Shown: in pieces, positions 9,327-19,283 of the stretch
Position numbering within the stretch: position 1 is the first letter of the stretch
Layout: the number at the start of each line of letters is the position of its first letter
Source of the DNA: Yuukianura sp. NJ FZ-2021
Lineage: Eukaryota
Assembly: GCA_046563655.1 (NCBI GenBank)
Contig: CM102286.1
Span: forward strand, 9,424,001-9,488,000
Length of the DNA stretch: 64,000 bases
Reading direction: 5' to 3'
The notes under the pieces: model-generated
Told to the model about the DNA's origin: nothing
The model's database searches: none
The model's input: only the letters and a program-made list of their open reading frames with translations
Translations under genes and position numbers: made by a program

Positions 9327-12300
9327 ATGTCTGGTTTCAGTTCTAGTAGATTTTACTCTTGTGACAGATGCCAATTGCAAAATTTAGGTGCACAACAATT
9401 CTTACATCACGTCCAAACAACCCATCTGGACATTGAAATACCTGGTAAGCTTAAAACAATTGAGACAGAAATGCGCATTGTAATAAAAATTCTTGTTACA
9501 ATAGGTGAATTGTTAGAAGACATTCAAACTGAACATTATGATACCTCGGGAGCATTCGCTGGAAGACAGTACGGATGTGAAACATGTAACTTGAGGGGTC
9601 TTTCTGAACGAGATTTTATAAGTCACATTCAACAAGTCCATCCAAGTATTCAATTACCAGGTATTCGCAAATTAGCAATTCGAGAGCACAGCATGTTTTA
9701 TTTGTTGTTGGTTATTTTTAGGTCTCATTGCTGGTACAAGTAGTTCACGGTCGGTATCTGTACCACTTCAGCACCAGCCGACGGACGGTTAGGATGTCAT
9801 GATGATGAAATTTTTTTGTAAAAATAATCTTGTCTTTCAATTTAGAACGAGAAGCTGTTGCGTTGGAATTGAAGAATTACAAGAGACGATTTTGTGCGCA
9901 GTGTGGAATAAATTTTGAGTATCCTGGGCAGTTGGATGAGCACCAGTACAATACTCACCCAGAACTGTATCCTTCTGTTCAAAACCAACAGGGCGGAAGT
10001 GCTCCAGAGAATGAAGTACATTTCGATGAATTGAGTGCTTTCCGCGGTACCACTCGTGAGTATACCACAACGTTTGATGAAGATGTGTTTGTGGATGTGG
10101 CTGGTGTCTTTGCTCACTGTTCAGCAACTTTGCGGGAATTGATGAGAAGGACTCATGGGGAAATCGGGTCGTACTTGGTGAGCAGTGTTGCACTAGTAGA
10201 AATGACACGACAAGTTCATGGAAGTAACACTGAACAACAAGTCGAGGATTTTCCATTCCGTTCATTTACGCACATCACCTTAGAACCCAGAATGATTCAA
10301 AATACTCTTCGGCTTATGTCAAATAAAATTGGAGATACAATAGCCGTATTCTTGAGGAAGGGCTCTGGATGGCGTGTTAGTCGATTCAAATGGATTACAT
10401 TCAAATTTTCAGTGTACCGAATGCAGCGTGGAAATGGCTGGATTGCGACGCCTGCGCATATGACAAGGAAAGGATGTGTTGTGAACATTAGAAATTCTGA
10501 TGACCAGTGCTTCAAATATGCAATTTTGTCGGAGTTGTACCCGCTGTATAAGAATGAGTCTGCTCACTGGTATGAAATTACGGACCCCAGAAGCTACGAC
10601 AATTTTCCCCATTCAGTGGACTGGGATTGTATCCAGTTTCCCATGGATTTTGAGCAAATGGACAAGTTTTTACACTTTAACCCTAAACTTTCCGTGAATG
10701 TGTATGGCTATGAAGCTGTGGATGAACTAGATCCAAATTACGCAAAACAGAAAATGAAAGTGTTTCCGTTATATGTTTGTCGTGAAAAAAGACAAAAGCA
10801 CATTGATCTGTTGTTATTAATTGAAGGATGCAACTCGCATTTTGTTCTGCTAAAACAAACGGAGGACAATCCTTCGTTTGGTTTATCTCGTCTGTTGGGA
10901 AGAAATGAGCGCTGCAATGAAAAGTACATTTGCAACTTTTGTCTTCATTTTTGGAAGTCCAAGGCTACACTAGAAAGACATCAACTTTTTAGTTCCGCTG
11001 TGGAACCCCAGGGTGTATGCTTTCCACCAGAATTCAAGTATACATTCAAGCACATTCGTCACACACTTCCTGTGTCGTTTGTCATTTTCTGTGACTTTGA
11101 GTGCATTTTACGACAAGAAAGTGGAACAATGCGGATTGGAACTGTGCTCAATGAACACGTAGACTGTGGCTACTGTTTTGTCGTTGTAGGACCAACCGGT
11201 AGGATGTGCACTGAACCGTTGACGTTTTGTGGTCGAAACGCTGCTCAGCATTTACTAGAAGATTTGGTGAACATAACCGAACAATATTTTATAAAATTGA
11301 AGCAGGATGTTGGACGCGACCCATCATACACTGAAATTGATTTTTATAATATGAGAACAGCTGCCACGAATTGCAACCACTGTGGTGTTCAGTTTCAACA
11401 TGTGAGAGACACAGTAATTGACCACTGTCACCTCACGGGACGTATCAGAGGAGTGAGTTGTAACAACTGCAACATACAACTTCAAGTCACCAAAAAAATC
11501 CCCATCATTTTTCACAATTTTCGAAACTATGACTCTCACTTCATAGTTCAAGCGTTGAAAAGCAACTTGTTCAAACATGTTTTACCTCTACCTACGTCAG
11601 AAGAAAAGTTTACATCTGTGGAGTGTACAACTCATGCCGGAAATGCACTCAAGTTTGTAGACTCTTATCAGTTTATCAGTTCCAGCTTGGCAGACTTGGT
11701 GGAAATGATGGCGAAAAAGGATGTGAACAAGTTCCAAGTGACCAAAAGTGCTTTTCGTCATCATCCAAGAGCAATGACTTTTTTGCTTCAAAAGGGGGTC
11801 TACCCATACGAGTACATGGACAGTTTTGGAAGGATGGATGAGACTGGACCGCCAGGCAAGGAAGCATTCTACAGTGAATTGAGAGGGGAAGGAATTTCCG
11901 ACGAAGATTACGAAAGAGCACTGAAGGTGTGGGAAGAGTTTGGGTGTAGAACCTTGAGAGACTACCACAACCTTTATGTGAAGTTGGATGTTTGCTTGCT
12001 AGCCGATTGCTTCCAGGACTTGAGAGATACGATGATTACAAATTTCCGCTTAGACCCCGCTCATTACATCACCCTTCCAGGAATTGCATACGATGCTGCA
12101 ATGTTGATTGGAAGAGTCGATTATGACTACCTGAAAGTGGATGACATGTACATGTGGTGTGAGAGGGGAATTCGAGGTGGAAACTGTGCCGTAGGACTTC
12201 GATATGCCAAAGCAAACAACCCCTACATGGGAGCTCAATACGACCCCTCGAAACCAACCAGCTACCTGTGCTTGTTGGACGCAAATCTTTTGTACAGTAC

Positions 12301-13651
12301 ATGTTTGAGATGCTACGTTCCGTGGAAGAATTTCCGATGGGATCCAAGCTTCGAGGCACGAACCGCAGATTTGGAGAGTGCAGTTGCAAGAATTTTGAGG
12401 ATGGGAGATGAGGACAGAGAAGGGCTCATTTTGGAAGTGGACTTGGACTATCCGGATGAACTGCATGATCAGCACAATGACTATCCTCTGGCAGTAGAAC
12501 GAGGAATCATTGAATATGAAAACTTGTCCCCCTACACAAAAAACGTGATGGATAATTTGGGTGTTAGTCCGACCTCAGTCAACAAATCCAAACTGATGGG
12601 GACCTTTTACCCAAAGAAAAATTACATTATCCACTATAGACTGCTCAAGTTGTTTTTGCGGTTGGGGCTGAAGATGTCAAAAGTACATCGAGCGCTTCGA
12701 TTCACACAAGCGCCTCTTATGCGTCCCTACATTGAAATGTGCATCGAGAGAAGGAGAAGTGCCACAAATCCTGTTGATGTTAAGTTTTGGAAAGCGATGG
12801 GTAACATTGTGTTTGGGAAACTTTTACAAAATGTTCGAAAGCACAAGAGAATTAACATTGCGCTGACTCGTCAAAAAGTTTTCGAGTATGGAAAAAAACC
12901 AACTGTGAAACGTTTCAAAATTTTACACGAAGAGTGCGTTTTGTTCATGATGAAAAAGCTCTCAGTTTGCTTAAACAAACACATAAGTGCTGGACTAACA
13001 GTTTTGGATGATAGCAAACGAATCATGTACGATTTCTACTACAATGTGATGCAGAAAAAGTATGGAGAGAACATGAGGCTGGTTATGACGGACACGGACA
13101 GCCTCCTCTTGCATATCAAGACTCCAGTTCTCTACCAAGACTTTTACCAAATGACACAAGATCCAGATTGTCGACTTGACACTTCCAACTATGATCCCAA
13201 GCATCCGAAGGTTGGACACTTGTCTTCCCAGCAACATCAAAGAAAGTGCGGCTACTTCAAGGACGAATTTGCCAACTCAATTGTAACTGAGGTGGTTGCA
13301 CTCAAGCCAAAACTGTACTGTGTCCGCTCTCTTGACCAGAACAGCATCGTCTCGGATAGAAAAAAAGCCAAGGGAACGGTGAGAGCAGCGGTGAGAAATG
13401 AACTCCGTTTTGAAGACTATCTTTGTGTTTTGGACGAGTCATCTTCACTCAGCGTAAAAATGACAACAATTCGAAGCATGGACCACCGAGTGTACACTAC
13501 GACCGTATGTAAACAAAGCCTTTCCGCCTTTGAAGACAAGTCTGGCTACTACATTTCTCCAATTGAGTTTCTCCGATTTGGTCACTACCAAATCCCAATG
13601 TACCAACAACAAGAAGAAGAACAACAGGAACAAATGCAACAACAAGTTTAA
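9327..13651 (+). CDS. polB: Protein-primed family B DNA polymerase with a spliced N-terminal triple C2H2 zinc-finger leader; predicted exons 9327-9444, 9505-9660, 9722-9787, 9846-13651 (~1381 aa)
   Basis: ExoI DFE, ExoII HNFRNYD, ExoIII YVKLD; Pol motifs DANLLY, KAMGNIVFGK, TDTDS; endonuclease VII-like insert (CNHC...DHCHLTG...CNNCN). The large ORF has no ATG at its start, and three GT-AG phase-1 introns join the upstream exons in frame. Confidence 0.92.
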
Positions 13652-13742
13652 GTCCTAATATAAGCCAATTTAATAAATATTTAAATTTTAGTTTGAATTT
13701 GAACGTTTGACCAATAGCAAGTGTTTAAAAGTTGAATTAGAG

Positions 13743-14399
13743 ATGAGTTTTCATTTCGGGCTGAGTCATCCGTTTGTGATGGTTTGTGCAGGAGCCACGC
13801 AATCTGGAAAGAGTACATTAATTCATCAATTAATTTTGAGAAAGGATGAAGTGATTGAGCCTAAAATTGAGCGAGTAATCTACTGCTACGGCGAAGATTT
13901 GCCTTCGATTGCAAGTTCTGTGCATGAAGCTTTCAAGGACAAGGAGGACGTTTGTGTGGAATTTCAAAAGGGTATGGAGGTGGACGTGGTCGAGGGGAAC
14001 CGAGTTCCCACTCTCGTAATTCTCGACGACTTTATGGAAGAGATTGCAATGTCCAAGGAAGTTTGCACAATGGTGACACGAGGGAGTCATCATAGATCAA
14101 TGTCTCTAATCATTACAATGCAAAACTTTTTCTACAAAAACTGCAGAAACTTGACGTTAAACAGCAAATACTTGGCGTTATTTCGAAATCCAAGAGACTC
14201 TACAATTGTTCAGTTTCTGGGAAGACAGATGAACAATGGAAAAAGTCATCCCGTCCTTGAAGCTGCTTACGAGGATGCAACCAAAAACAAGCCAAACAGT
14301 TACTTGTTTTTGGACTTGAGTCAACAGCAGGATGACGAACACCGTTTCCGTTCAAATCTTTTTCCCGACCCGTCATGCATCGTCTATTTGAAAAAATAG
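13743..14399 (+). CDS. Polinton packaging ATPase (A32/FtsK-like)
   Basis: Walker A GATQSGKST, Walker B LVILDD, and RGSHH...ITMQN motif. Confidence 0.93.
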   Translation: MSFHFGLSHPFVMVCAGATQSGKSTLIHQLILRKDEVIEPKIERVIYCYGEDLPSIASSVHEAFKDKEDVCVEFQKGMEVDVVEGNRVPTLVILDDFMEEIAMSKEVCTMVTRGSHHRSMSLIITMQNFFYKNCRNLTLNSKYLALFRNPRDSTIVQFLGRQMNNGKSHPVLEAAYEDATKNKPNSYLFLDLSQQQDDEHRFRSNLFPDPSCIVYLKK

Positions 14400-14417
14400 A
14401 TTCAAGGTAACTTACCC

Positions 14418-14942
14418 TCAAGTTCGTTTGAGTTCTAGTAGTCCTTGAACTAGACAGTCAAACAAATCTGCAGGAATGCAGATTCCAACACCCGGTTCCG
14501 ACTGGTTTCGGATGTGAAGATACGAGTTGTCTGTAGTATTTCCAAGATGATCAGCAAGAAACAGGGTCCATCCATTCTCGAGCATGACTTGAGGTGGAGG
14601 TAGAGGATTTGGGAATTGCTTGCGAATCTCCACAATCATGGGAACCGATGATACTTTGCGGGTGTGGGCTGGATAATGCTTCTTTTTCTTTTGACGAGTT
14701 GAGTGTAGAGTGTATGGTGGAGAACTTTCGTGACCTTCCATGTCTTCGGATGGTACAAAGTTTGGTCCCGGAGTAGCCATTTCTTGAGTTGGATGAAGTT
14801 TCACAGATTGTCCTCGTGACGATTTGTTCAAGTTGCAGTTGCAAGAAAAGGATTTACACACTGTGATTGTAGTTGTAGAATTCCGTTTACACAAAAATTC
14901 CGAAAATGATCTCCAGATACTAAAAATGCAACCACAGTTCAT
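14418..14942 (-). CDS. Small protein with a PC4-like ssDNA-binding C-terminal domain (start may be ATG 14780)
   Basis: C-terminal YLHIR...GICIP..LF..L pattern resembles the PC4/Sub1 fold; lies directly downstream of the integrase on the same strand. Confidence 0.5.
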   Translation of the reverse strand: MNCGCIFSIWRSFSEFLCKRNSTTTITVCKSFSCNCNLNKSSRGQSVKLHPTQEMATPGPNFVPSEDMEGHESSPPYTLHSTRQKKKKHYPAHTRKVSSVPMIVEIRKQFPNPLPPPQVMLENGWTLFLADHLGNTTDNSYLHIRNQSEPGVGICIPADLFDCLVQGLLELKRT

Positions 14943-14960
14943 CACAAGTCGACTGCAAGG

Positions 14961-15893
14961 TTAGGAATGAAGAACTTTCTGGAGTTCCGGATCATAAAAT
15001 ACACCAAATATGAACTCTCCTTTCAAATCCTGAAGCTGATAGCTGATTGGAGTAGTATAAAAAACTTTGGAAACCTTGAACTGCTCTCGATTCCAAGACC
15101 TAGAGTAGCCTTTTTCAAAGATTTTCTTGATTTTACTAATTAGAACAGTGTCCCCAACGGAAAATTTCGTCTTTTTACGACGTTTCACGACTCTGTCATT
15201 GTAGAGATTTAGAAAAACGTCAGTTTTCGTTTCTTCGTTGACTTGATTTGGTGTGCATTTGATGGATGAGTGGTATGAATTGTTGTAATTCTCAACGATC
15301 GCAGCCAGGACGTCGTAAAATTTTTCTGTGCCCTTGTATGTCATGTAACGAGCAATTCTATTCATAAGAGTCTGATTGAATCTCTCTACAATGACCGCCT
15401 TCAACTCGGATCCTGTACTGAACATGTGGATTCCATGCTGTTTGAGTAGCTTCTCCAGAGTTTTGTTGATGAATTCTTTGCCCCGGTCTACTTGTAAGTA
15501 TTTGCAAGGTCCTCGCTTCTCAATAATCTTTGCCAAAGCATTCCTTACAGTGGGTGCATTTTTGTTTTTCAGAGGGATTGCATCCGCAACTTTACTAAAC
15601 CCATTGATGCAAGTCAACAAGAACTTGTATCCGTTGTTTGAGTCGCTATACTTGCTTACGTCAATCAAATCTGCAACCATTTGTTGCTTGAGTCCAGGAA
15701 TGAATACTCTTCTCCTAGGATATCTTTTTCGAGCGCGTTTGTGCAGAGTATAAGCAGGGATGGAAGAGAGTGACCGCTCGACATCCTTTGAATGATTTTT
15801 CAAACTTTTTTTAACTTGATGTGCACCCGAAAAGCTATGTTGGACATTTGGATTTACGTAATTCTCTTTGATTTGTTTGTCTAGCTCTGACAT
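14961..15893 (-). CDS. int: Retroviral-like (rve) DDE integrase of the Polinton
   Basis: YTLHK motif; catalytic ADLID / VDRGKEF / VERFN; YNNSYHSSI; C-terminal F.VGD.V.IS...FEKGY...W. No chromodomain visible. Confidence 0.95.
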   Translation of the reverse strand: MSELDKQIKENYVNPNVQHSFSGAHQVKKSLKNHSKDVERSLSSIPAYTLHKRARKRYPRRRVFIPGLKQQMVADLIDVSKYSDSNNGYKFLLTCINGFSKVADAIPLKNKNAPTVRNALAKIIEKRGPCKYLQVDRGKEFINKTLEKLLKQHGIHMFSTGSELKAVIVERFNQTLMNRIARYMTYKGTEKFYDVLAAIVENYNNSYHSSIKCTPNQVNEETKTDVFLNLYNDRVVKRRKKTKFSVGDTVLISKIKKIFEKGYSRSWNREQFKVSKVFYTTPISYQLQDLKGEFIFGVFYDPELQKVLHS

Positions 15894-15995
15894 ATTTACG
15901 ACTAAGTCAAAAAACCTCAAGCGTCATGGTCTTATTTGTGGGGCAGCTTCTTGAAGGAAAAGGTTCATTGACGCCCAACTCTTTGGCTGGTCAAC

Positions 15996-16361
15996 ATGTC
16001 CAAGTGTGTAGCGCAAAACCGAGAATTTTTGAGCTATTTGTCCAAAGCAACGTCACCAAAGCAGCGGCGAGAATTGATTAAAAACGCAAGCAGAGGAAAT
16101 TCAAGGCATTTGTGAATGTATACTCAACGTATACAAAGGGAACGTGAGCGTCAAGGCAAGCACTGTGAAACGTCTCAAACCCTTCAAGAGAACAATTCTA
16201 GCTCTAATCAAGGGGCGACGCAGGTCGAGTCTCAAGTTTAAGAAAAACGACTGTTGTGTCAAAGGGGGGGAGCGATACTACCTCTTTTGTTGGGAGCTGT
16301 ACTACCGTCTTTAGTTAGTACTGCCGTAGGATTTTTCAAAAAGAAAACTCAACCACAATGA
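15996..16361 (+). pseudogene. Conserved small basic Polinton protein with two frameshifts
   Basis: Reconstructs as MSKCVAQN...KNA/AEEIQGICECILNVYKGN...LKFKK/RLLCQRGGAILPLLLGAVLP...*, with frameshifts near 16090 and 16245. The stop overlaps the next ATG (ATGA). Not in the ORF track. Confidence 0.7.
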
Positions 16362-17365
16362 AACGGATGAGATTAGTCAACGAAACAGATTTTCAAAAAA
16401 TTCAGCAACTGCAACATACTAATTTTGCTGGAAATTACGCATCTCTTTCTCCTGCGGCTGCTGAGTTGGATCCAAAACAAAGCATTTTGTCAAATTCAAA
16501 CATTCCAGATGACATAAAAGCCATATTATATCAAGATTTGGCCCGTCGTCTCCATCAAAAACGTCAAATTTTGGAATCCAAACCAGTTTTGGTGAAAAAT
16601 GTTGGTGGTAGCAACGACCATGAACATGAGGGATTTCAACAAGACGACAATGAATCAAATTTATTATACGGTACTCAACTTGGAGATAGTTTAATTTCCA
16701 ACCCCAGCATCAGAGTTGAGAATCTTCTAGATGTTACTGAACCATACATTTTGGAGCAACTGAAGGGGAGTAAAAATGCAAGAAAACTTTTGCATCTGAT
16801 GCGCTACAATGATATTGTTTGGAATGAAAAGTTTGAAGTTTTGATTCAAAAGCAACGTCTACCAGGCTCTGACATTGTAAGCATTCTACAATATTTCATA
16901 AACCTCAAGGATCGAAAACATATTCGAGCTCCCGAAGGATTCATACAAGTCCGAGACCAATTGCAGAGGTACATTTCTCCAAAAACTTCAGATGCATCTG
17001 CTCCAAACTCTGGAATATCACGCCTAATCACTTCCCCAGCAATATTTTTTGACCAAAGACAACAACAACAACAAGAGCAGAACCCGGCGGGATCAAATTA
17101 TAATACACCAAGTGCTAGCCAGAATGAAAGAATAACCGATGAAGAGGATGAGGAGGAAGAGGTCGAAGACGTTTTTGAACAAAACCCCCAACCGCCATTT
17201 CAAATTCATCGTCCCTCACCTACTCGACCTAAAGCTACACCTATTGCAAAGAGACTTGTAAGGAGAGCTGCTAATCCAACTGGAAAAGATGTATTCCGAA
17301 GAGGAGGGACCAAGAGTCAAAAAGGGGGAGGAGGAGGAGGAGTCTGTCGTTGGGAAAAGTTTTGA
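16358..17365 (+). CDS. Conserved Polinton protein of unknown function (335 aa)
   Basis: WN...E......LPGSDI..L......PEGF motif of the kind seen in Polinton conserved ORFs; acidic/basic low-complexity tail ending W-x-x-F. Confidence 0.75.
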   Translation: MKRMRLVNETDFQKIQQLQHTNFAGNYASLSPAAAELDPKQSILSNSNIPDDIKAILYQDLARRLHQKRQILESKPVLVKNVGGSNDHEHEGFQQDDNESNLLYGTQLGDSLISNPSIRVENLLDVTEPYILEQLKGSKNARKLLHLMRYNDIVWNEKFEVLIQKQRLPGSDIVSILQYFINLKDRKHIRAPEGFIQVRDQLQRYISPKTSDASAPNSGISRLITSPAIFFDQRQQQQQEQNPAGSNYNTPSASQNERITDEEDEEEEVEDVFEQNPQPPFQIHRPSPTRPKATPIAKRLVRRAANPTGKDVFRRGGTKSQKGGGGGGVCRWEKF

Positions 17366-17464
17366 AGGAAAGGTGGAGTCGGAGGCAAGGTCCCCCTTGC
17401 GCGCGCGAGAGGGACTGATCGGGCAGCCGAACGTTGAGGGGGGAAGCTCCTGCGTGATCATTTT

Positions 17465-17730
17465 TTAAGGATTCGTGCTCTGCGATTCAGTTTATTCGTG
17501 CTTTTGCTTCTTTTGGATCAACACAAACTGTTGAGAAAAGATTTTTTGGATTCGTGCCAACCATACTTGTGGATTCGAGCTTACAAATCTACTCATCCCT
17601 GCCTACGTTTTTTTTTGGATTTGAGGTACGTATATTTAGATTAAAAGGATTCGTGCTAGCAATTTAAAAGGATTCGTGCTTTACATATTTATGGATTCGT
17701 GCTTTCATTTAAAAGGATTCGTGCTTTGAC
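17465..17730 (+). repeat. Cluster of ~8 GGATTCGTGCT motifs upstream of the capsid module
   Basis: Motif or 1-mismatch variants near 17469, 17494, 17548, 17571, 17647, 17670, 17693 and 17716; the last four have ~23-bp periodicity. Confidence 0.8.
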
Positions 17731-17736
17731 GGCAAG

Positions 17737-18675
17737 ATGATGACTGCAACTGGTTCGAGTACATCCAACTCTTTCTACGTAACACTTCAATCGAATGCTT
17801 CGATGGACTATTTTCCAGGCAATCTAATTTGTGATTTCAAGAATAAATTGGCAAGTTCCATCAGTCTGCCTGGAGATCAATTGGAGGTGGCCCTGACCGA
17901 CTTGAGCTATACTTATGGAAACGCGTTTGTCGGAGCAGGAAGAACAATTTTTACGAAACGGGTCCAGTTGCCACCACCATCTTTCGTCGCTGCCCCAACA
18001 GGTGCAGAGACAGTCGCTGCTGCTGTACATGATTTGGATATGAATGACAAGAGCATTTCGTTTCGAGAAAGACAGCGTCGCTCTGCTAATCAGCGTGCAT
18101 TTTCACCTCCAAAAGTTTTGGAAATTCCAATGAAAACACACCGACGTTTGATGACTGACACTCAACTGTTGAGTTTTCTGCACGATATGCTACCCAACTC
18201 TCAGTGTCGAATCGAATCTAGCATTTTCAAGTATCGCATACCCTTGAAGGAGGGAACGACAATCAAGTTTTCTCCACAAGTAGCCGACATTCTGGGGATG
18301 GGTGGAGGAGAATTGCAGATTGCGAACCAAATCGTCCGAGGAGCCCTACCTGCAGATGGATTCTCTCTATACGAAGGAGAAGGCGCTTATCCAGTCTTTT
18401 TGAATGCTGGACAAACAAAACTTTTCGTCTACTGCAACCTAATCCGGCCTCAATTCATTGGAGATGCTCTTGCACCAATTCTTCGAGTGGTCAACTATGA
18501 GGGAAAATTTCGAAAACAACACTCTCATGAATTCACTCATGCACACTACATGCAGCTGGCCGTCTCTCAATTTGATACGATTCATTTGTATATAATGAAC
18601 GAGGCGGGGGAGAGAATGCCATTCGAGTTTGGTAACCTCACCGCTACACTTCGTTTTCGTGAACGCAAGACATGA
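17737..18675 (+). CDS. Polinton minor capsid (penton-like) protein
   Basis: N-terminal FYVTL.SN.S...FP.N...F...L...EVAL and C-terminal LFVYCNLI..Q..GD...P.LR...Y......FDTI......G...PF......TL.F motifs. Confidence 0.85.
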   Translation: MMTATGSSTSNSFYVTLQSNASMDYFPGNLICDFKNKLASSISLPGDQLEVALTDLSYTYGNAFVGAGRTIFTKRVQLPPPSFVAAPTGAETVAAAVHDLDMNDKSISFRERQRRSANQRAFSPPKVLEIPMKTHRRLMTDTQLLSFLHDMLPNSQCRIESSIFKYRIPLKEGTTIKFSPQVADILGMGGGELQIANQIVRGALPADGFSLYEGEGAYPVFLNAGQTKLFVYCNLIRPQFIGDALAPILRVVNYEGKFRKQHSHEFTHAHYMQLAVSQFDTIHLYIMNEAGERMPFEFGNLTATLRFRERKT

Positions 18676-19282
18676 GGTCATCGGCTGGACTCTCGTCCCT
18701 ACCTTACAATTGTGCTGGAGACTTTCCTGCAGATGCATTTTTTTCACAAAATCAATTTGGTAGTGGGTTTTCCCCAACTACAATCTACTTTAGTGGGGTT
18801 CGTCGTCAAAAAGGTTAAAAAAAGCAAATAAAAATTTAAAAATGTAATAATTTTGAAAATGCTGGTTTTTGGAGTTTGGTCGTATCAATTATTCAATTTT
18901 ATGTGACCCGTCAGGGGCTGGTCTTGGAGGAGTTTTTGGTGCAATTGCACGGCAACTTTTTCCATTTCTTAAGCAGTACGTACTGCCACATGCGGCGGAT
19001 GCCGTAGGAGGTGTCGCCTCGGACTTAATTTTGAACAAAAGACCAATCAAGGAATCTCTGAAATCGCACGGCTGGGAAGCACTTAAGAGTATGGGTAGGG
19101 ATGTTATGAATCAGACGGGTTCGGGCATTCGAGGTGTGAGGTCAAGGAAGCGACGCATCAAACGACGAGGAAAACCAGCATACGGTCCAAAGCGAAAAAA
19201 GTCAAGGAAGGTTAGGAGCAAAAACAAGCGGCGTCGTACAAAGAGTCGTAAGAGAGTCGGTGGTACGAGGTACATTTTCTAA
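18672..19282 (+). CDS. Polinton core-like basic protein, spliced (exons 18672-18813 and 18915-19282; ~169 aa)
   Basis: ATG overlaps the penton stop (ATGA). A 101-bp AT-rich GT-AG intron restores F.G..RQKG/AGLGG.F...R..P.LK; three QxGxG motifs and an Arg/Lys-rich tail. Confidence 0.78.
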
Positions 19283-19283
19283 A

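Noticed and set aside
9282..9743. Stand-alone 153-aa zinc-finger ORF
   Set aside because: Better explained as exons 1-2 of polB read through an in-frame intron; its tail lies in intron 2.
17385..17435. Hammerhead-ribozyme-like arrangement (GTC-stem-CTGAT...GAA)
   Set aside because: The core deviates (CTGATCG instead of CTGANGA, GAAC instead of GAAA) and stem II is too short.
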